64,000 bases of DNA from Marinicella sp. (GCA_965230295.1 OZ246001.1:1088001-1152000); one strand, 5' to 3'; positions 20,517-31,417 are shown, counted from the stretch's first letter. Translations and numbers: made by a program. Notes: a model not told the origin generated them from the letters alone.

Positions 20517-22724
20517 TTAGGGCTTCAGGTGTTTGATGAAATAATCAGCGATGGTGCTGTAAACATGGAACTGCGGTTTGCTGCCACTGATGCCATGCTT
20601 GCCACCTGGGTAAATCATGGTGTCAAACAAAATGCCTTCATCTTGCAGGACTTTGATCATCTTGGTTGAGTTCAAAAACAACACGTTGTCATCGGCCATA
20701 CCATGAATCAACAACAATGGTTTGTTGATGTTTTTGGCGTTATCAAAAGTGGCTGTGGTTCGATAGCCATCCGGGTTCAATTGCGGTGTCGACATGTAAC
20801 GTTCTGTGTAGTGGGTGTCATACAGAGCAAAGTCTGTCACCGGTGCCACCGATACGCCCAAAGCGTAATCATCCGGCGCGTTGGTCAACGCCTTCAAGGT
20901 CATAAAACCACCATAACTCCAACCAAAGATACCCACTTTATCGGCATCCACAAAAGGTAAAGATTTCACATGGTTGGTACCCACCAACTGGTCTGCCAAC
21001 TCGGGCGTACCCATTTTTTTGTACAAAGCCGATTCAAATTTCATACCGCGGCGATCACTGCCCCGGTTATCGATCACAAACACCACAAAGCCTTGTTGGG
21101 CCATGTACTGCTCAATCCATCGGCCCCATGATTTGGTTACATACTGTACATGAGGTCCACCATAGACATATTGAAAGACCGGGTATTTTTGTTTCGGATC
21201 AAAGTCCCTGGGTTTGATCATGCGGTAATGCAAAGTGTGCCCGTCTTCAGCTGTTAAGGTACCAAACTCGTTGTCCAGATGATTCTTTGCATAGGGGTAA
21301 TAGGGGTGGTCTCTGTCCACTTTGTTTTCATTCAACCACACCACCCGTTCTCCGGTGGCTTTGTGCAATGAAGTTTGTGGCGGGTGATTGCGATCTGACC
21401 ATTGGTCAATGTAGTGACTGGCAGACCCATCCATGGTGATGGCATGAAAGCCTTCACGTTTTGAAATTTTTTCAGGCGAACCGCCTTGCTGATAATTCAA
21501 ACGGTACAGGTGTTTTTCCAAGGGTGAGGTCAAGCTGCCCGTGAAATAAACCCATTGATTGTCTTCATCAATACCGACCACGTCATCAACCACCCAATCG
21601 CCATCGGTGAGTTGTCGACTTAATTGGCCTTCTGCACCATACAAGTACAGGTGCTTGAATCCACTGCGTTCCGAGGCCCAAATAAACCCACCTTCCTTAA
21701 GGAATTTAAGGTCATGATGCAGATTAATCCAAGTATCACTGGTTTCTTTCACGACCGTTTTGCTGCTGCCTTTGAGGTCAGCAAATTTCAAGGCCAAAGT
21801 CTGTTGGTTCCTGCTTTGGATCTGATAACTGACTTGTTTTGAATCGGGTAACCACCCCACCCTGGCGATATAAATGTCTGGATTCTTGCCCAAGTCCACC
21901 CACTGTGTTTTGCCGGAGGCAACTTCGACCAAACCCAATTTGATGGTGACATTGGCCTCACCGGTGTACGGATACCGCTGTTCAATCACTTCAATGTCAT
22001 CGGCATTGATTTCATAACGCTTGGTCACTGCCACCGGCGCTTCATCAACCTGCAGATAGGCGATGTACTTTTCATCAGGCGACCACCAATAACCCGTATC
22101 TCGATCCATTTCTTCCTGGGCCACAAATTCAGCCATGCCATTTTTAATCAACCCTTCACCGTCGGTGGTTAACTGTTGCTCTTCGCCGGTTCTGGTGTTG
22201 ACCACAAACACATCTTGATCACGGATGAATGACACATGATTGGCTTTGGGTGAAAATTTGGCATCGGTTTCAAAAGACTCGGATGCCGTTAATTGTTTGG
22301 TGTTCTTGTTGGATAACTGATACACATACAAATCACCATTCAAAGGGAACAACAAGGAGTCGCCGTCCTCAGACCAGGCATAATCAATGATGCCTTTGAC
22401 ATCAGCCAGGCGTTGGCGTTCGCGGCGGGCCTTTTCTTCCGCTGACAAGACTTCTTCGCCTTCCAACAAATCATTGGAGTCGACCAACAAACGTTTTTGT
22501 TCATCAGCAATGTGGTATTCCCACAAATCATACTGGTCTTTGTTTTCTGCCTTACCTTGCAAAAAAGTCACCCTCGAGCCATCTGGAGACATCTTCAATG
22601 CCCTTAAGCTGGGGCCGGATAAATCAGGGCTGGCAAAAATACGCTCTAAAGTCAGCGTCCCGGCATTGCTATGTTCTGTTTGGATGGTCATAATTAATGT
22701 AAGTAGTAGACAAGTGAATTTCAT
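20517..22724 (-). CDS. S9B dipeptidyl-peptidase IV family serine peptidase (secreted)
   Basis: Signal peptide from the ATG at 22724; AQEEM double-Glu motif; YGGP; GWSYGG; DDNV; H in GGKHG. Confidence 0.93.
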   Translation of the reverse strand: MKFTCLLLTLIMTIQTEHSNAGTLTLERIFASPDLSGPSLRALKMSPDGSRVTFLQGKAENKDQYDLWEYHIADEQKRLLVDSNDLLEGEEVLSAEEKARRERQRLADVKGIIDYAWSEDGDSLLFPLNGDLYVYQLSNKNTKQLTASESFETDAKFSPKANHVSFIRDQDVFVVNTRTGEEQQLTTDGEGLIKNGMAEFVAQEEMDRDTGYWWSPDEKYIAYLQVDEAPVAVTKRYEINADDIEVIEQRYPYTGEANVTIKLGLVEVASGKTQWVDLGKNPDIYIARVGWLPDSKQVSYQIQSRNQQTLALKFADLKGSSKTVVKETSDTWINLHHDLKFLKEGGFIWASERSGFKHLYLYGAEGQLSRQLTDGDWVVDDVVGIDEDNQWVYFTGSLTSPLEKHLYRLNYQQGGSPEKISKREGFHAITMDGSASHYIDQWSDRNHPPQTSLHKATGERVVWLNENKVDRDHPYYPYAKNHLDNEFGTLTAEDGHTLHYRMIKPRDFDPKQKYPVFQYVYGGPHVQYVTKSWGRWIEQYMAQQGFVVFVIDNRGSDRRGMKFESALYKKMGTPELADQLVGTNHVKSLPFVDADKVGIFGWSYGGFMTLKALTNAPDDYALGVSVAPVTDFALYDTHYTERYMSTPQLNPDGYRTTATFDNAKNINKPLLLIHGMADDNVLFLNSTKMIKVLQDEGILFDTMIYPGGKHGISGSKPQFHVYSTIADYFIKHLKP

Positions 22725-22780
22725 GTTAATTGAGGGTATCAAAGGCCAACAGTTATACCAGAATACAGGGCATAATTCAT

Positions 22781-23569
22781 GTGAAGAAATACCTGAATGA
22801 TCAAAAATATATGGGACATTTCCACAAAAGCAACAACACGGGTTACCAAGACGCACTGATCAAAGAGGCCGAAGGATTGAACAGCCTCAAACAAGTCTTG
22901 GAATCCAATGACATCAAGATCAAAATTCCAGCCGTTTTTCAGGTCGATGAACAGGTTTTAGAAACTGAACACATCAACCAACTGGCGGGCGCCAAACAAC
23001 AATGGTTTGACCTGGGTGCTTCATTGGCCAGATTTCACACGGTGCAACAAAAGTCATTCGGATGGTCTGCCAACAACTACATTGGCCTCAACCCACAACA
23101 GAATGTGTGGTCAGATGACTGGGGGCGTTTTTTCTGGCAACACCGTTTGGGTTATCAAATACAGTTGATCCGAGATCCGAACATCCAATCCAATTTCGCA
23201 AAAGCATGGCATGACTGCAAAACCAAACTGGTTGCCTTCCTGAACAAGCATTGCAACCACGCCAGTCTGCTGCATGGCGACCTGTGGAATGGCAATGTCT
23301 TGTTCGACAACCAGGATGCATGGCTGATCGATCCAGCGGTGTATTGCGGCGATGCCGAAGCCGATGTGGCCATGACTGAATTGTTCGGCGGCTTCCCTGC
23401 CGCCTTTTACCAAGGCTACCAAAGCACCCAACCACTCAGTGAACACTACCCTCTGAAGAAAGTGATATACAACCTGTATCACCTGTTGAACCACTACAAT
23501 TTGTTTGGTTCAGGGTATTTGGCGGGTTGTGAACGTGGGTTCAGAACCATTGAACAGAGCCTGAAATAA
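22781..23569 (+). CDS. Fructosamine kinase family protein
   Basis: EAEGL, FGW..NNYIG..PQ.N, LLHGDLWNGN, IDPAVY, MTELFGGF, YHLLNH.NLFG. Start uncertain (GTG 22781 or ATG 22811). Confidence 0.88.
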   Translation: MKKYLNDQKYMGHFHKSNNTGYQDALIKEAEGLNSLKQVLESNDIKIKIPAVFQVDEQVLETEHINQLAGAKQQWFDLGASLARFHTVQQKSFGWSANNYIGLNPQQNVWSDDWGRFFWQHRLGYQIQLIRDPNIQSNFAKAWHDCKTKLVAFLNKHCNHASLLHGDLWNGNVLFDNQDAWLIDPAVYCGDAEADVAMTELFGGFPAAFYQGYQSTQPLSEHYPLKKVIYNLYHLLNHYNLFGSGYLAGCERGFRTIEQSLK

Positions 23570-23972
23570 CAGTCATTCTGAGCGAGTGCAACGAGTCGAA
23601 GAATCTCCTGAGGCTGGCGCACACTTCAATCCCGGAGATAACCAATTGGCTGGGAGATCCCTCGGCTGCGCTCGGGATGACAATGACCAGTCATTCTGAG
23701 CGAGTGTAACGAGCCGAAGAATCTCCTGAAGCTGATAATGACCATCCTAACGTGGACTGAAGCCCACGCTCCATAGAATCGAATTCCCGGCGCAGGCCGG
23801 GATCCAGCGTCTTGGCGTACGATAAACAAATGACAAGTTGGCAATTATACCAGGCACCAATATACACAAGCTTAGCAGGCCAATCCAACGTTGACCGAAG
23901 TCCCCGCTCCGAAAACATTGTGATCCTCGGACTTCCTAAAGGGACCTACTTTTGGCGGCCTGAGGATGACGG
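23570..23972. repeat. Cluster of REP-like palindromic repeats between convergent genes
   Basis: 47-bp direct repeat at 23570-23616 and 23688-23734 (3 mismatches); inverted partner at 23653-23681; hairpin TCCCGGC-GCAG-GCCGGGA at 23785-23802; GGAG-type REP copies at 23749-23772 and 23887-23910. Confidence 0.8.
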
Positions 23973-23997
23973 AAGATGGGGTATTACCTGTTTATAT

Positions 23998-25869
23998 TCA
24001 GCCCGCTTTCTTCAAATACACCAACAGCAGTGAAACTGCAGCTGGGGTCATGCCCTGGATGCGAGCGGCTTGGCCGATGGTTTCGGGTTTGATTTGGTTG
24101 AGTTTTTCGGTCAACTCACCACTGAGGCCTTTGATCACACTGTAATCCAAGTCTAATGGCAAAGGCTTGTTTTCATGGGCTTTGGCTTTGTCAATTTCTT
24201 GCTGTTGGCGATCCAGGTATCCGGCGTACATGGTTTGAATCTCAACCTGTTCCAACACCTTTTCAGCCTGTGAAGGCAGTGTGATCTCATCCAATTCATT
24301 GAGCATGCTGATGTTGACTTCAGGTCGGCGTAACAAATCATAAGCACTGGTTTCTTTGCTCAACACGATGCCCGTTTGGGTCATGAACTTTTTACCCAAG
24401 GCGTTGTTGGGACTTAGAAACATGGTTTTGAGGTGTTCTAATGACCCTTCAACATGGGTTCTTTTTTCACTGAATGCAGTCCAGCGATCGGCGCCAACCA
24501 AACCCAATTCACGGCCTTTTTCGGTCAGGCGAAAATCGGCGTTGTCTTCGCGCAGCATCAAGCGGTACTCGGCCCGCGAAGTGAACATGCGGTAAGGTTC
24601 ATTGGTGCCTTGGGTGATCAAATCATCGATCAGAACACCCATATAGGCTTCATTCCTCGCCGGCGTCCAGGCAGGTTTTCCTGCCACGCTCAGGGCGGCA
24701 TTCATGCCCGCAATCAACCCTTGAGCACCAGCTTCTTCATAGCCTGTGGTGCCATTGATTTGACCCGCGAAATACAGGTTCTCGACATATTTGGTTTCCA
24801 GTGAGGCTTTCAATCCGCGCGGGTCGAAGAAATCGTATTCGATGGCATAACCCGGGCGGGTGATGTGGGCATTTTCAAAGCCTTTGATCGATCGCACCAA
24901 CTTGATCTGTACATCAAACGGCAATGAAGTTGAGATACCATTGGGATACAGCTCATGCGTTCCCAAGCCTTCTGGTTCAACAAATATCTGGTGTGAGTCT
25001 TTATCCGCAAAGCGCATGATCTTGTCTTCGATCGATGGACAATACCGCGGTCCTTTGCCTTCAATAACACCCGAATACATGGGCGAACGGTCCAAACCTG
25101 AGCGGATGTGCTCATGGGTTTGTAAATTGGTGTGGGTGATGTAACAACTGACCTGATCGGGGTGGTCGTCCAAGGAACCCATGTATGAGAAAACCGGGCG
25201 CGGCGTATCACCTGGCTGTTCTTCCATCACGGAAAAATCCACCGTTTTACCATCGATGCGGGGCGGTGTGCCTGTTTTCAATCTGTCCACTTCGAAAGGC
25301 AAGGCCCGTAATTTTTGCGCCAGTACCGTGGCGGGTGGATCACCTGCCCGACCGCCAGAATAATTGGACATACCGATGTGTATTTTACCGGCCAAAAAAG
25401 TACCCACTGTCAGCACCACTGTTTTGGCCATATAGATCAAACCCATTTGGGTCACACAGCCTTTGACCTGATCATTCTCAATGATCAAATCTTCAACACC
25501 CTGTTGGAACATGTACAGGTTTTCCTGGTTTTCCACCACCGACCGAATAAACCCCCGGTATAAAGCACGATCACATTGTGCTCGGGTGGCACGCACTGCA
25601 GCACCCTTCCTTGAGTTCAGCGTACGCCATTGGATGCCGGCATGATCAGTGGCCTCAGCCATCACCCCGCCCAAAGCATCAATTTCTTTGACCAAGTGTC
25701 CTTTTCCAATGCCGCCAATGGCTGGGTTACAGCTCATTTGGCCAATGGTGTCTACATTGTGAGTCAGCAACAGTGTTTTGGCACCGACACGTGCAGCCGC
25801 CAAGGCCGCCTCGGTTCCGGCATGGCCACCGCCAACTACAATCACATCAAATTCTTGGTCGTACTTCAT
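23998..25869 (-). CDS. mnmG: tRNA uridine-5-carboxymethylaminomethyl(34) synthesis enzyme MnmG
   Basis: [58 protein letters not shown]. Confidence 0.98.
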   Translation of the reverse strand: MKYDQEFDVIVVGGGHAGTEAALAAARVGAKTLLLTHNVDTIGQMSCNPAIGGIGKGHLVKEIDALGGVMAEATDHAGIQWRTLNSRKGAAVRATRAQCDRALYRGFIRSVVENQENLYMFQQGVEDLIIENDQVKGCVTQMGLIYMAKTVVLTVGTFLAGKIHIGMSNYSGGRAGDPPATVLAQKLRALPFEVDRLKTGTPPRIDGKTVDFSVMEEQPGDTPRPVFSYMGSLDDHPDQVSCYITHTNLQTHEHIRSGLDRSPMYSGVIEGKGPRYCPSIEDKIMRFADKDSHQIFVEPEGLGTHELYPNGISTSLPFDVQIKLVRSIKGFENAHITRPGYAIEYDFFDPRGLKASLETKYVENLYFAGQINGTTGYEEAGAQGLIAGMNAALSVAGKPAWTPARNEAYMGVLIDDLITQGTNEPYRMFTSRAEYRLMLREDNADFRLTEKGRELGLVGADRWTAFSEKRTHVEGSLEHLKTMFLSPNNALGKKFMTQTGIVLSKETSAYDLLRRPEVNISMLNELDEITLPSQAEKVLEQVEIQTMYAGYLDRQQQEIDKAKAHENKPLPLDLDYSVIKGLSGELTEKLNQIKPETIGQAARIQGMTPAAVSLLLVYLKKAG

Positions 25870-26033
25870 GGGTCTAAATATATTCAAAGCAACCTGCTAT
25901 TTTACCTTGAGATTGCACATACTCAAGGAAAACCAAGCAATATCAACCTTAATTGAGCTGATAAGCGGAAATTACTGGCAGAATCTAGACATTCTTTAGT
26001 AGGATGGTCAAAGAATGACTTGAGGTTCGAACC

Positions 26034-28253
26034 ATGAAAAATTTATTGTTGCTACTGATTGGTGTCATGCTAAGTTATCAGATTAATGCAAGGGTGCCTG
26101 CAACAGGCCAATGGTTTTCGCCCAACCACAATGGCCATGGCATTGACTTACAAAAAGCAGGACAAGTTTATACAGTCATTTTTTATACCTATGATGAGGA
26201 CAACAACCCAACCTGGTTCCTTGGTGTCGCAAACTGGCAATCAGATGATGAAGTCGCCACCTTAACGGGCGATTTCAATTCATTTAATCACGACCCCGCA
26301 GCAATAAACCCAATCCAATTGGTCGGCAAAGCCGGTGAATTCGAATTGACTTTCGATCAACCACATGCAGCCTGTGAAAGCCTTGAAGCAGCACATCATG
26401 CCCTCTTCACCTGGCGCATCAATGGACAGGAAGGTGCGTGGTGTATGGTCAACGTCCTGGCACAAATCAATGTCAGACAAATGGACTTTACCGGTCATTA
26501 TTACAGCGGAGAAGCAGATACTGGCTGGGGTTTTTCATTGGATTACCAAGGCTATGAAGGCGCCCAAACTGCAGCTGCTTTGGTTTATTATTATGACCAA
26601 TCCGGCTATCCCAGGTGGTCCATCGGCTCGGGGTTGAGTACTTCTGGTGACAGCACTTTAATCATGAATAATGTGATTGGGTATTGTCGCACTTGTACAC
26701 CCACAGACTTACAAGTCAGTCCAATTGGTCATCTGGATGTCAATTTAGATTTCATAGATCACCAAAGAACAGGATCCGCCAGTTTACAACTGACTTATCC
26801 GAACGACACAGACACTTCATGGCAAAGAAGTGATGCGCCTTTGTTCCCGTTAAGCGAACTCGAACCAGGCATCCTGCCACTACCAGAAACCATTGATCAA
26901 AGTACGCTTACAGCTGTTATCGATGTGTCTGTGGTTCCCATGACACCTGGATTCCCAATATGGGAACACCGCAATGTGGTCTTTGAAAATGGTCTTATTA
27001 CAGACATCAATCAAGACCCGCAATTTGCTTCTGAATTCATTGGCACAACAATTGATGGCCGAGGTTTGCACCTGGCTCCGGGTATGTCCGAGATGCACCT
27101 ACACATCACCACTGGAGGCAGGGAGGCGGCTGAACAAGCTGGTTTATTAATGATTGCCAACGGCATCACTACTGCACTCAATGCGGGCAGCACTTTTTCA
27201 ATCAGCGTGCCAGAATTGGCCGATAAATTCGAGCAAGGTGAATTGATTGGCCCCACTTTTTATACCGGACAAGTGGCTTATGGTACCAGAGATGGAGCCG
27301 GGCCGGATCACACGGTTGCATCGGCAGAAGAAGCCACACTGTATGCCGAGTTATTGCATGCTGGTTCGTATGATTTCATTAAAGTATATTGGCAACTCAC
27401 GGTACAAACCATCAACCAGTTTTTTGTTGAAAGTGAACGGTTGAATTTACCCATCATCGGCCATTTACCACGAACACAACTCATGTTTCGGTCCCTGTCT
27501 CAGGGACAAAAACTGGCTGTCCATATTCAAGAGCCCTATGTGACTCACCTGAATGGAGTCAGGGATGAAAGTAAATTCCCCGAAATTTCAGAAATTTTCC
27601 TCGAACATGGTGCTTATTTATCACCGACCCTCGCGGTGTTTGAATCTTATGTGATGATTTCAAATAACCACGTCGCAACATACAATGAATACATCAACCG
27701 CGAGGGTAACCAATACACGCCCCAATCGGTTAAGCAAATTTGGCAAAACTACTTCAATCAACCCTACATACAAGTGGCCGATCGTGAAAATTTACTGGAT
27801 TTGTTTGATTTCTTCATGAAGATGACCAAAGCACTGTATGATTCGGGTGTGCCTTTACTCAGTGGCACCGATGCCACAGGATTTCCGGGGGTGATGGCTG
27901 GCTATGGTGTACATGAGGAACTGCGATTATTGAACGAAGCGGGCATTCCAGTGGATGAAGTTTTCGCCATCACCACCCGCAATGCCGGTCAATTCATTGC
28001 CGACACATTGGATGAACCGGTTAAATTTGGCACCATAGAAATTGGCAACAGAGCTGACATGATCCTGACTACAGAAAATCCCTTAAGCTCATTGGAGACA
28101 ATCAAAAAACCCATGGGGGTGATGGCCAGAGGGCGGTTTTGGTCTCAAGAACACTTACAAGATCTGCTGGACAGTTTACCCCTCAATCAGCAAAAAACCA
28201 TGCCAGCAGAGAACCAGGCGCTGCCCTACTGTAACCACCACAATGTCTTGTGA
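26034..28253 (+). CDS. Secreted amidohydrolase with duplicated N-terminal beta-rich module
   Basis: Signal peptide; two TGxW/Y...GxG...YxYD..xxPxW repeats; amidohydrolase motifs EMHLH, IKVY, GH, GTDA, G.IE.G.RAD. Confidence 0.82.
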   Translation: MKNLLLLLIGVMLSYQINARVPATGQWFSPNHNGHGIDLQKAGQVYTVIFYTYDEDNNPTWFLGVANWQSDDEVATLTGDFNSFNHDPAAINPIQLVGKAGEFELTFDQPHAACESLEAAHHALFTWRINGQEGAWCMVNVLAQINVRQMDFTGHYYSGEADTGWGFSLDYQGYEGAQTAAALVYYYDQSGYPRWSIGSGLSTSGDSTLIMNNVIGYCRTCTPTDLQVSPIGHLDVNLDFIDHQRTGSASLQLTYPNDTDTSWQRSDAPLFPLSELEPGILPLPETIDQSTLTAVIDVSVVPMTPGFPIWEHRNVVFENGLITDINQDPQFASEFIGTTIDGRGLHLAPGMSEMHLHITTGGREAAEQAGLLMIANGITTALNAGSTFSISVPELADKFEQGELIGPTFYTGQVAYGTRDGAGPDHTVASAEEATLYAELLHAGSYDFIKVYWQLTVQTINQFFVESERLNLPIIGHLPRTQLMFRSLSQGQKLAVHIQEPYVTHLNGVRDESKFPEISEIFLEHGAYLSPTLAVFESYVMISNNHVATYNEYINREGNQYTPQSVKQIWQNYFNQPYIQVADRENLLDLFDFFMKMTKALYDSGVPLLSGTDATGFPGVMAGYGVHEELRLLNEAGIPVDEVFAITTRNAGQFIADTLDEPVKFGTIEIGNRADMILTTENPLSSLETIKKPMGVMARGRFWSQEHLQDLLDSLPLNQQKTMPAENQALPYCNHHNVL

Positions 28254-28367
28254 CGTATTTAACCACCTTTGGGCTTAATAGGCGCAACAAATAAATGACC
28301 TGCCTCAGGGAGCTCTGATGGGTCTAGGGTGAAATTTTGTCTGTTACCGAATAAGAATTTTCTTGTT

Positions 28368-28760
28368 TTAGCTTCTTATGCGATAGCAGACATAAGGTGC
28401 AACCAATATCCAGACCAACACCAGTATCCATACCCGTCCTCTGAATAAGTTATAGTCCATAAATAGCCGCGACCAAGAATGTCCTGCCACAAAATGGCCA
28501 AAAACAAATTCAAAAATGACCGTCATGGTTAACCAAATTCCACCGATCAATAAGGCTTGTTTAACAGATTGAATATTGAAAATACCCGTTAAGAAATATA
28601 TATAGATACCAAACAGGATAATGGCTATCAATGTAGATAATTGGTGAGCAGCCAATTCTGACATGTACTGGGCATATATTTTTTCCCGAATGATGCCATT
28701 GATAATCGCCAGTATGACCATACCAACCCAGGCGAACATGTAAATCAATATTGTTTTCAT
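28368..28760 (-). CDS. Hypothetical 4-TM membrane protein
   Basis: 130-aa hydrophobic ORF (NG.IRE, FEF.FGH, DYNL..GR.W pattern); AT-rich. Confidence 0.75.
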   Translation of the reverse strand: MKTILIYMFAWVGMVILAIINGIIREKIYAQYMSELAAHQLSTLIAIILFGIYIYFLTGIFNIQSVKQALLIGGIWLTMTVIFEFVFGHFVAGHSWSRLFMDYNLFRGRVWILVLVWILVAPYVCYRIRS

Positions 28761-28806
28761 TTTTTCCGATACTTCAGTTCATTTGGTTTAACCGGATTAC
28801 ATCAGC

Positions 28807-29250
28807 TTAATATGAACTGAAATACCAAACGGCCAAACCCAAGTTCAGCACCATCATCACAAAATCAGTGACAAAGATAAACAACAGGGTGCCTTTCAAC
28901 ACCTGCCAAACGCCACCACCTTTTCTGTTTTCTAAGGCAACCGGCAAGTTATAAAAGAACTGGGTGCCATGGGCCACAGCAAATACCAACAACAAAATCG
29001 CCCTTTGTTGATTGGTTGGAAAGGTGTCCAGATTCAACAACAACAGCAAATTACAGATTGCAAAAGCCAGATTAAAACCACCAAGAAATTTACCGGATTC
29101 TGCCAGTACAAAAAACACCGGTGAGTCTCGGTGTTCTTTGGGCACCAGGATTTTGGCAAAGATGTGATTGCGCAAAGAAAACACATTGAATGCCATCGAA
29201 AACCAAATGGTGTTTAAAATCAGCACTGTTTCAATCATCGAACTCACCAA
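28807..29250 (-). CDS. Hypothetical membrane protein
   Basis: 147-aa ORF with 4 hydrophobic segments. Confidence 0.7.
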   Translation of the reverse strand: MVSSMIETVLILNTIWFSMAFNVFSLRNHIFAKILVPKEHRDSPVFFVLAESGKFLGGFNLAFAICNLLLLLNLDTFPTNQQRAILLLVFAVAHGTQFFYNLPVALENRKGGGVWQVLKGTLLFIFVTDFVMMVLNLGLAVWYFSSY

Positions 29251-29296
29251 CTATAATCAGTTTGAATGAGGAGCCAATTTGATACACACATGCCAT

Positions 29297-29665
29297 TCAA
29301 TCAGAATGTCCAACCAAAGGCTTAAACCCGCCATAGGCCATCCGTTCAGGGTCAAAACCCACGTCAACAGATGCCATCAATGTTTCCATCCTTGGGTCAG
29401 CAGCGACTTTTTCATTGGCCTGGTCTCGGGCTTCACGCGATGCAAAGGTCACGTATCCAAACACCACCACTTCATCGGCTGATGCCCCTGTGGCATCAAC
29501 AAAAGATCTTGTGCCAACCAAGGTCATGTCATCACCGACGAATTCCCGATAATCCAATGCCCCATGTTCAACCCATATGGCAGCAATGTCACTGGCGATC
29601 CTTTGGTAATTGCTCAAGTGCTGTTTTGGTATGGGCAAAACGAACCCATCAATGTATTCGGCCAT
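29297..29665 (-). CDS. DUF1428 (YbaA) family protein
   Basis: YIDGFV, EHGALDYRE.VGDD, SRE.RD.AN..V..DPR, RMAYGGF. Confidence 0.9.
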   Translation of the reverse strand: MAEYIDGFVLPIPKQHLSNYQRIASDIAAIWVEHGALDYREFVGDDMTLVGTRSFVDATGASADEVVVFGYVTFASREARDQANEKVAADPRMETLMASVDVGFDPERMAYGGFKPLVGHSD

Positions 29666-29852
29666 GTTGAAACCTCTGTTGTTCCCAATGCCTTGATGTT
29701 AAGGCAAGCAGTCAATCTGTTGCAAGTGGAAACAATGGAATCGGTGCTCCACAGATGTTACATTTCATGGCTTCAAATTATGTTGTTCATCAAGTCAATG
29801 TTCTATTGAGATGAGGCTTTTGAATCCATGACTTTAATTCATCTGACTCATG

Positions 29853-29914
29853 GGTCGACTGAAGTCGACCACCCAATAAAACTGAGAAATTGGGTCGTTG
29901 ACTTCAGTCAACGC
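29853..29914. repeat. Inverted pair of REP-like palindromes (REPIN-like doublet)
   Basis: GGTCGAC-TGAA-GTCGACC-ACCC (29853-29874) and GGGT-CGTTGAC-TTCA-GTCAACG (29892-29913), in opposite orientation. Confidence 0.75.
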
Positions 29915-29936
29915 ATCAAGTTACTCCAAATGATAT

Positions 29937-31319
29937 TCATGGGTGTTTCACCCACTTCCCTGCTTGCATAATGACTTTTATGTCTGTCAGTAAATTGATG
30001 TTTTTGATCGGGTCGCCTTTAACAGCAATCAAATCCGCTTTCATCCCAGCTTGTAATTGTCCCACTTGTTTTTCTATGCCGATCAATTCAGCGGCCCAAA
30101 TGGTGGCTGAACGTATCGCATCTATGGGTTCCATACCTGCATCAACCATTAACTTAAATTGTTCGGCGTTGCGCCCATGGGGATATATACCGGCATCAGA
30201 TCCAAAAGCCATGCGAATGCCCGCTTGATAAGCCCGATTGAATCGATCGGCATAATCTTCATACATCCCTTGGTTGCCTTGCTCCATATCCTTGTCTGTG
30301 AAATCCTTATTGGTTTCAACCAAATCAAAATGGGCCGCAAGCAGGTCCATCACCACAAACACACCCTGTTTTTTCAATTGTTTGAGGGCGGCATCCCCCA
30401 TCAAAGTATTGTGCTCAATGGACTTCACTCCGGCTGCCACTGCATTCAGGATGCCGGCTTCACCATGGGCATGGGCTGCTACTGCCATGCCACGCTTGGC
30501 GGCTTCATCAACAGCCGCTTGTATTTCTGCTTGAGAATACGTGGCGGCTCCAGGCATGGATCCACTGGTATAGAAGCCTCCAGTGGCTGATAGTTTGATC
30601 AAATCAACCCCATGCAAAATGTGTTTACGAACCGCTTTGCGTACTTCATCAACGCCATCTGCCACCACTTCAGCACTCGTCTCAACCTGATGTTCTGCAA
30701 CCATCCAGTTGCCCCAATCACCATGTCCTCCTGTCATGGTTATCATTTGCCCACTGACATACATCGTGGGCCCTGGGATCCACCCTGCGTTGATGGCATC
30801 ACGCAATGCCACATCTGCATAATAGGGACCAGAAACATCTCTTACTGTGGTGAAGCCAGCCTCCAGCGTCTTTTTCGCATTTTCAACACCAACAATGCCA
30901 AAGCTGGCGGCTGGTAGTGCCCAATGATCAAACTCAGACCCCATATAGGTGTTGTCTGTGAGGTGGGTGTGTACATCCATTAATCCAGGTAACAGGGTGT
31001 ATGCTGTCAAATCGACCCATTCATGTTGCTTGCTTTTTCCTGCAGCTTGATCGATGCTTTTGATCAAGCCATTTTCAATCGAAATCAGTACATCTGACTG
31101 GTAGTTTCCGGTTTTAACATCGAGAACCTGTCCAGCATGTAAATAAATAACAGCATTGCTACGTTCCTCTGCAAGCAAAACAGCGGAACTGAACAATAAT
31201 GAGCAAGCGATCATAGAAATGAACCGGTAAGATGACTTCCTGCTCAATAAAAACCCAAGCTTTTCCCTTAACTTCCCATCATGTTTGAATAATTTTTGCT
31301 TCGGCATAACCAACTCCAC
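29937..31319 (-). CDS. Secreted metal-dependent amidohydrolase (Xaa-Pro dipeptidase/imidazolonepropionase-like)
   Basis: PGLMDVHTH, AGFTTVRD, GGH.D, IKL.ATGG, AAHAHG, IEH, FGSDAG. The true start is probably downstream of 31319. Confidence 0.88.
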   Translation of the reverse strand: MELVMPKQKLFKHDGKLREKLGFLLSRKSSYRFISMIACSLLFSSAVLLAEERSNAVIYLHAGQVLDVKTGNYQSDVLISIENGLIKSIDQAAGKSKQHEWVDLTAYTLLPGLMDVHTHLTDNTYMGSEFDHWALPAASFGIVGVENAKKTLEAGFTTVRDVSGPYYADVALRDAINAGWIPGPTMYVSGQMITMTGGHGDWGNWMVAEHQVETSAEVVADGVDEVRKAVRKHILHGVDLIKLSATGGFYTSGSMPGAATYSQAEIQAAVDEAAKRGMAVAAHAHGEAGILNAVAAGVKSIEHNTLMGDAALKQLKKQGVFVVMDLLAAHFDLVETNKDFTDKDMEQGNQGMYEDYADRFNRAYQAGIRMAFGSDAGIYPHGRNAEQFKLMVDAGMEPIDAIRSATIWAAELIGIEKQVGQLQAGMKADLIAVKGDPIKNINLLTDIKVIMQAGKWVKHP

Positions 31320-31417
31320 TCCAGTCTAACTGTCATTGATTATATCGTATGATCAATGCACTGCGATTCCCGTCATAAGCATGGAAGTCAATTTTGATAA
31401 GATTTGCCGGATCATTC

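Noticed and set aside
22725-22856. Cys-rich N-terminal extension of DPP-IV and overlap with the fructosamine kinase gene
   Set aside because: An artefact of longest-ORF calling; the signal peptide begins at the ATG at 22724.
23570-23734. Possible mini-CRISPR (47-bp repeat x2)
   Set aside because: Only two copies; the intervening DNA contains an inverted partner arm, which is typical of REP-like doublets.
28368-29665. Integron cassette array (three small co-oriented genes)
   Set aside because: The roughly 46-bp spacers show no RYYYAAC...GTTRRRY attC pairing, and there is no integrase.
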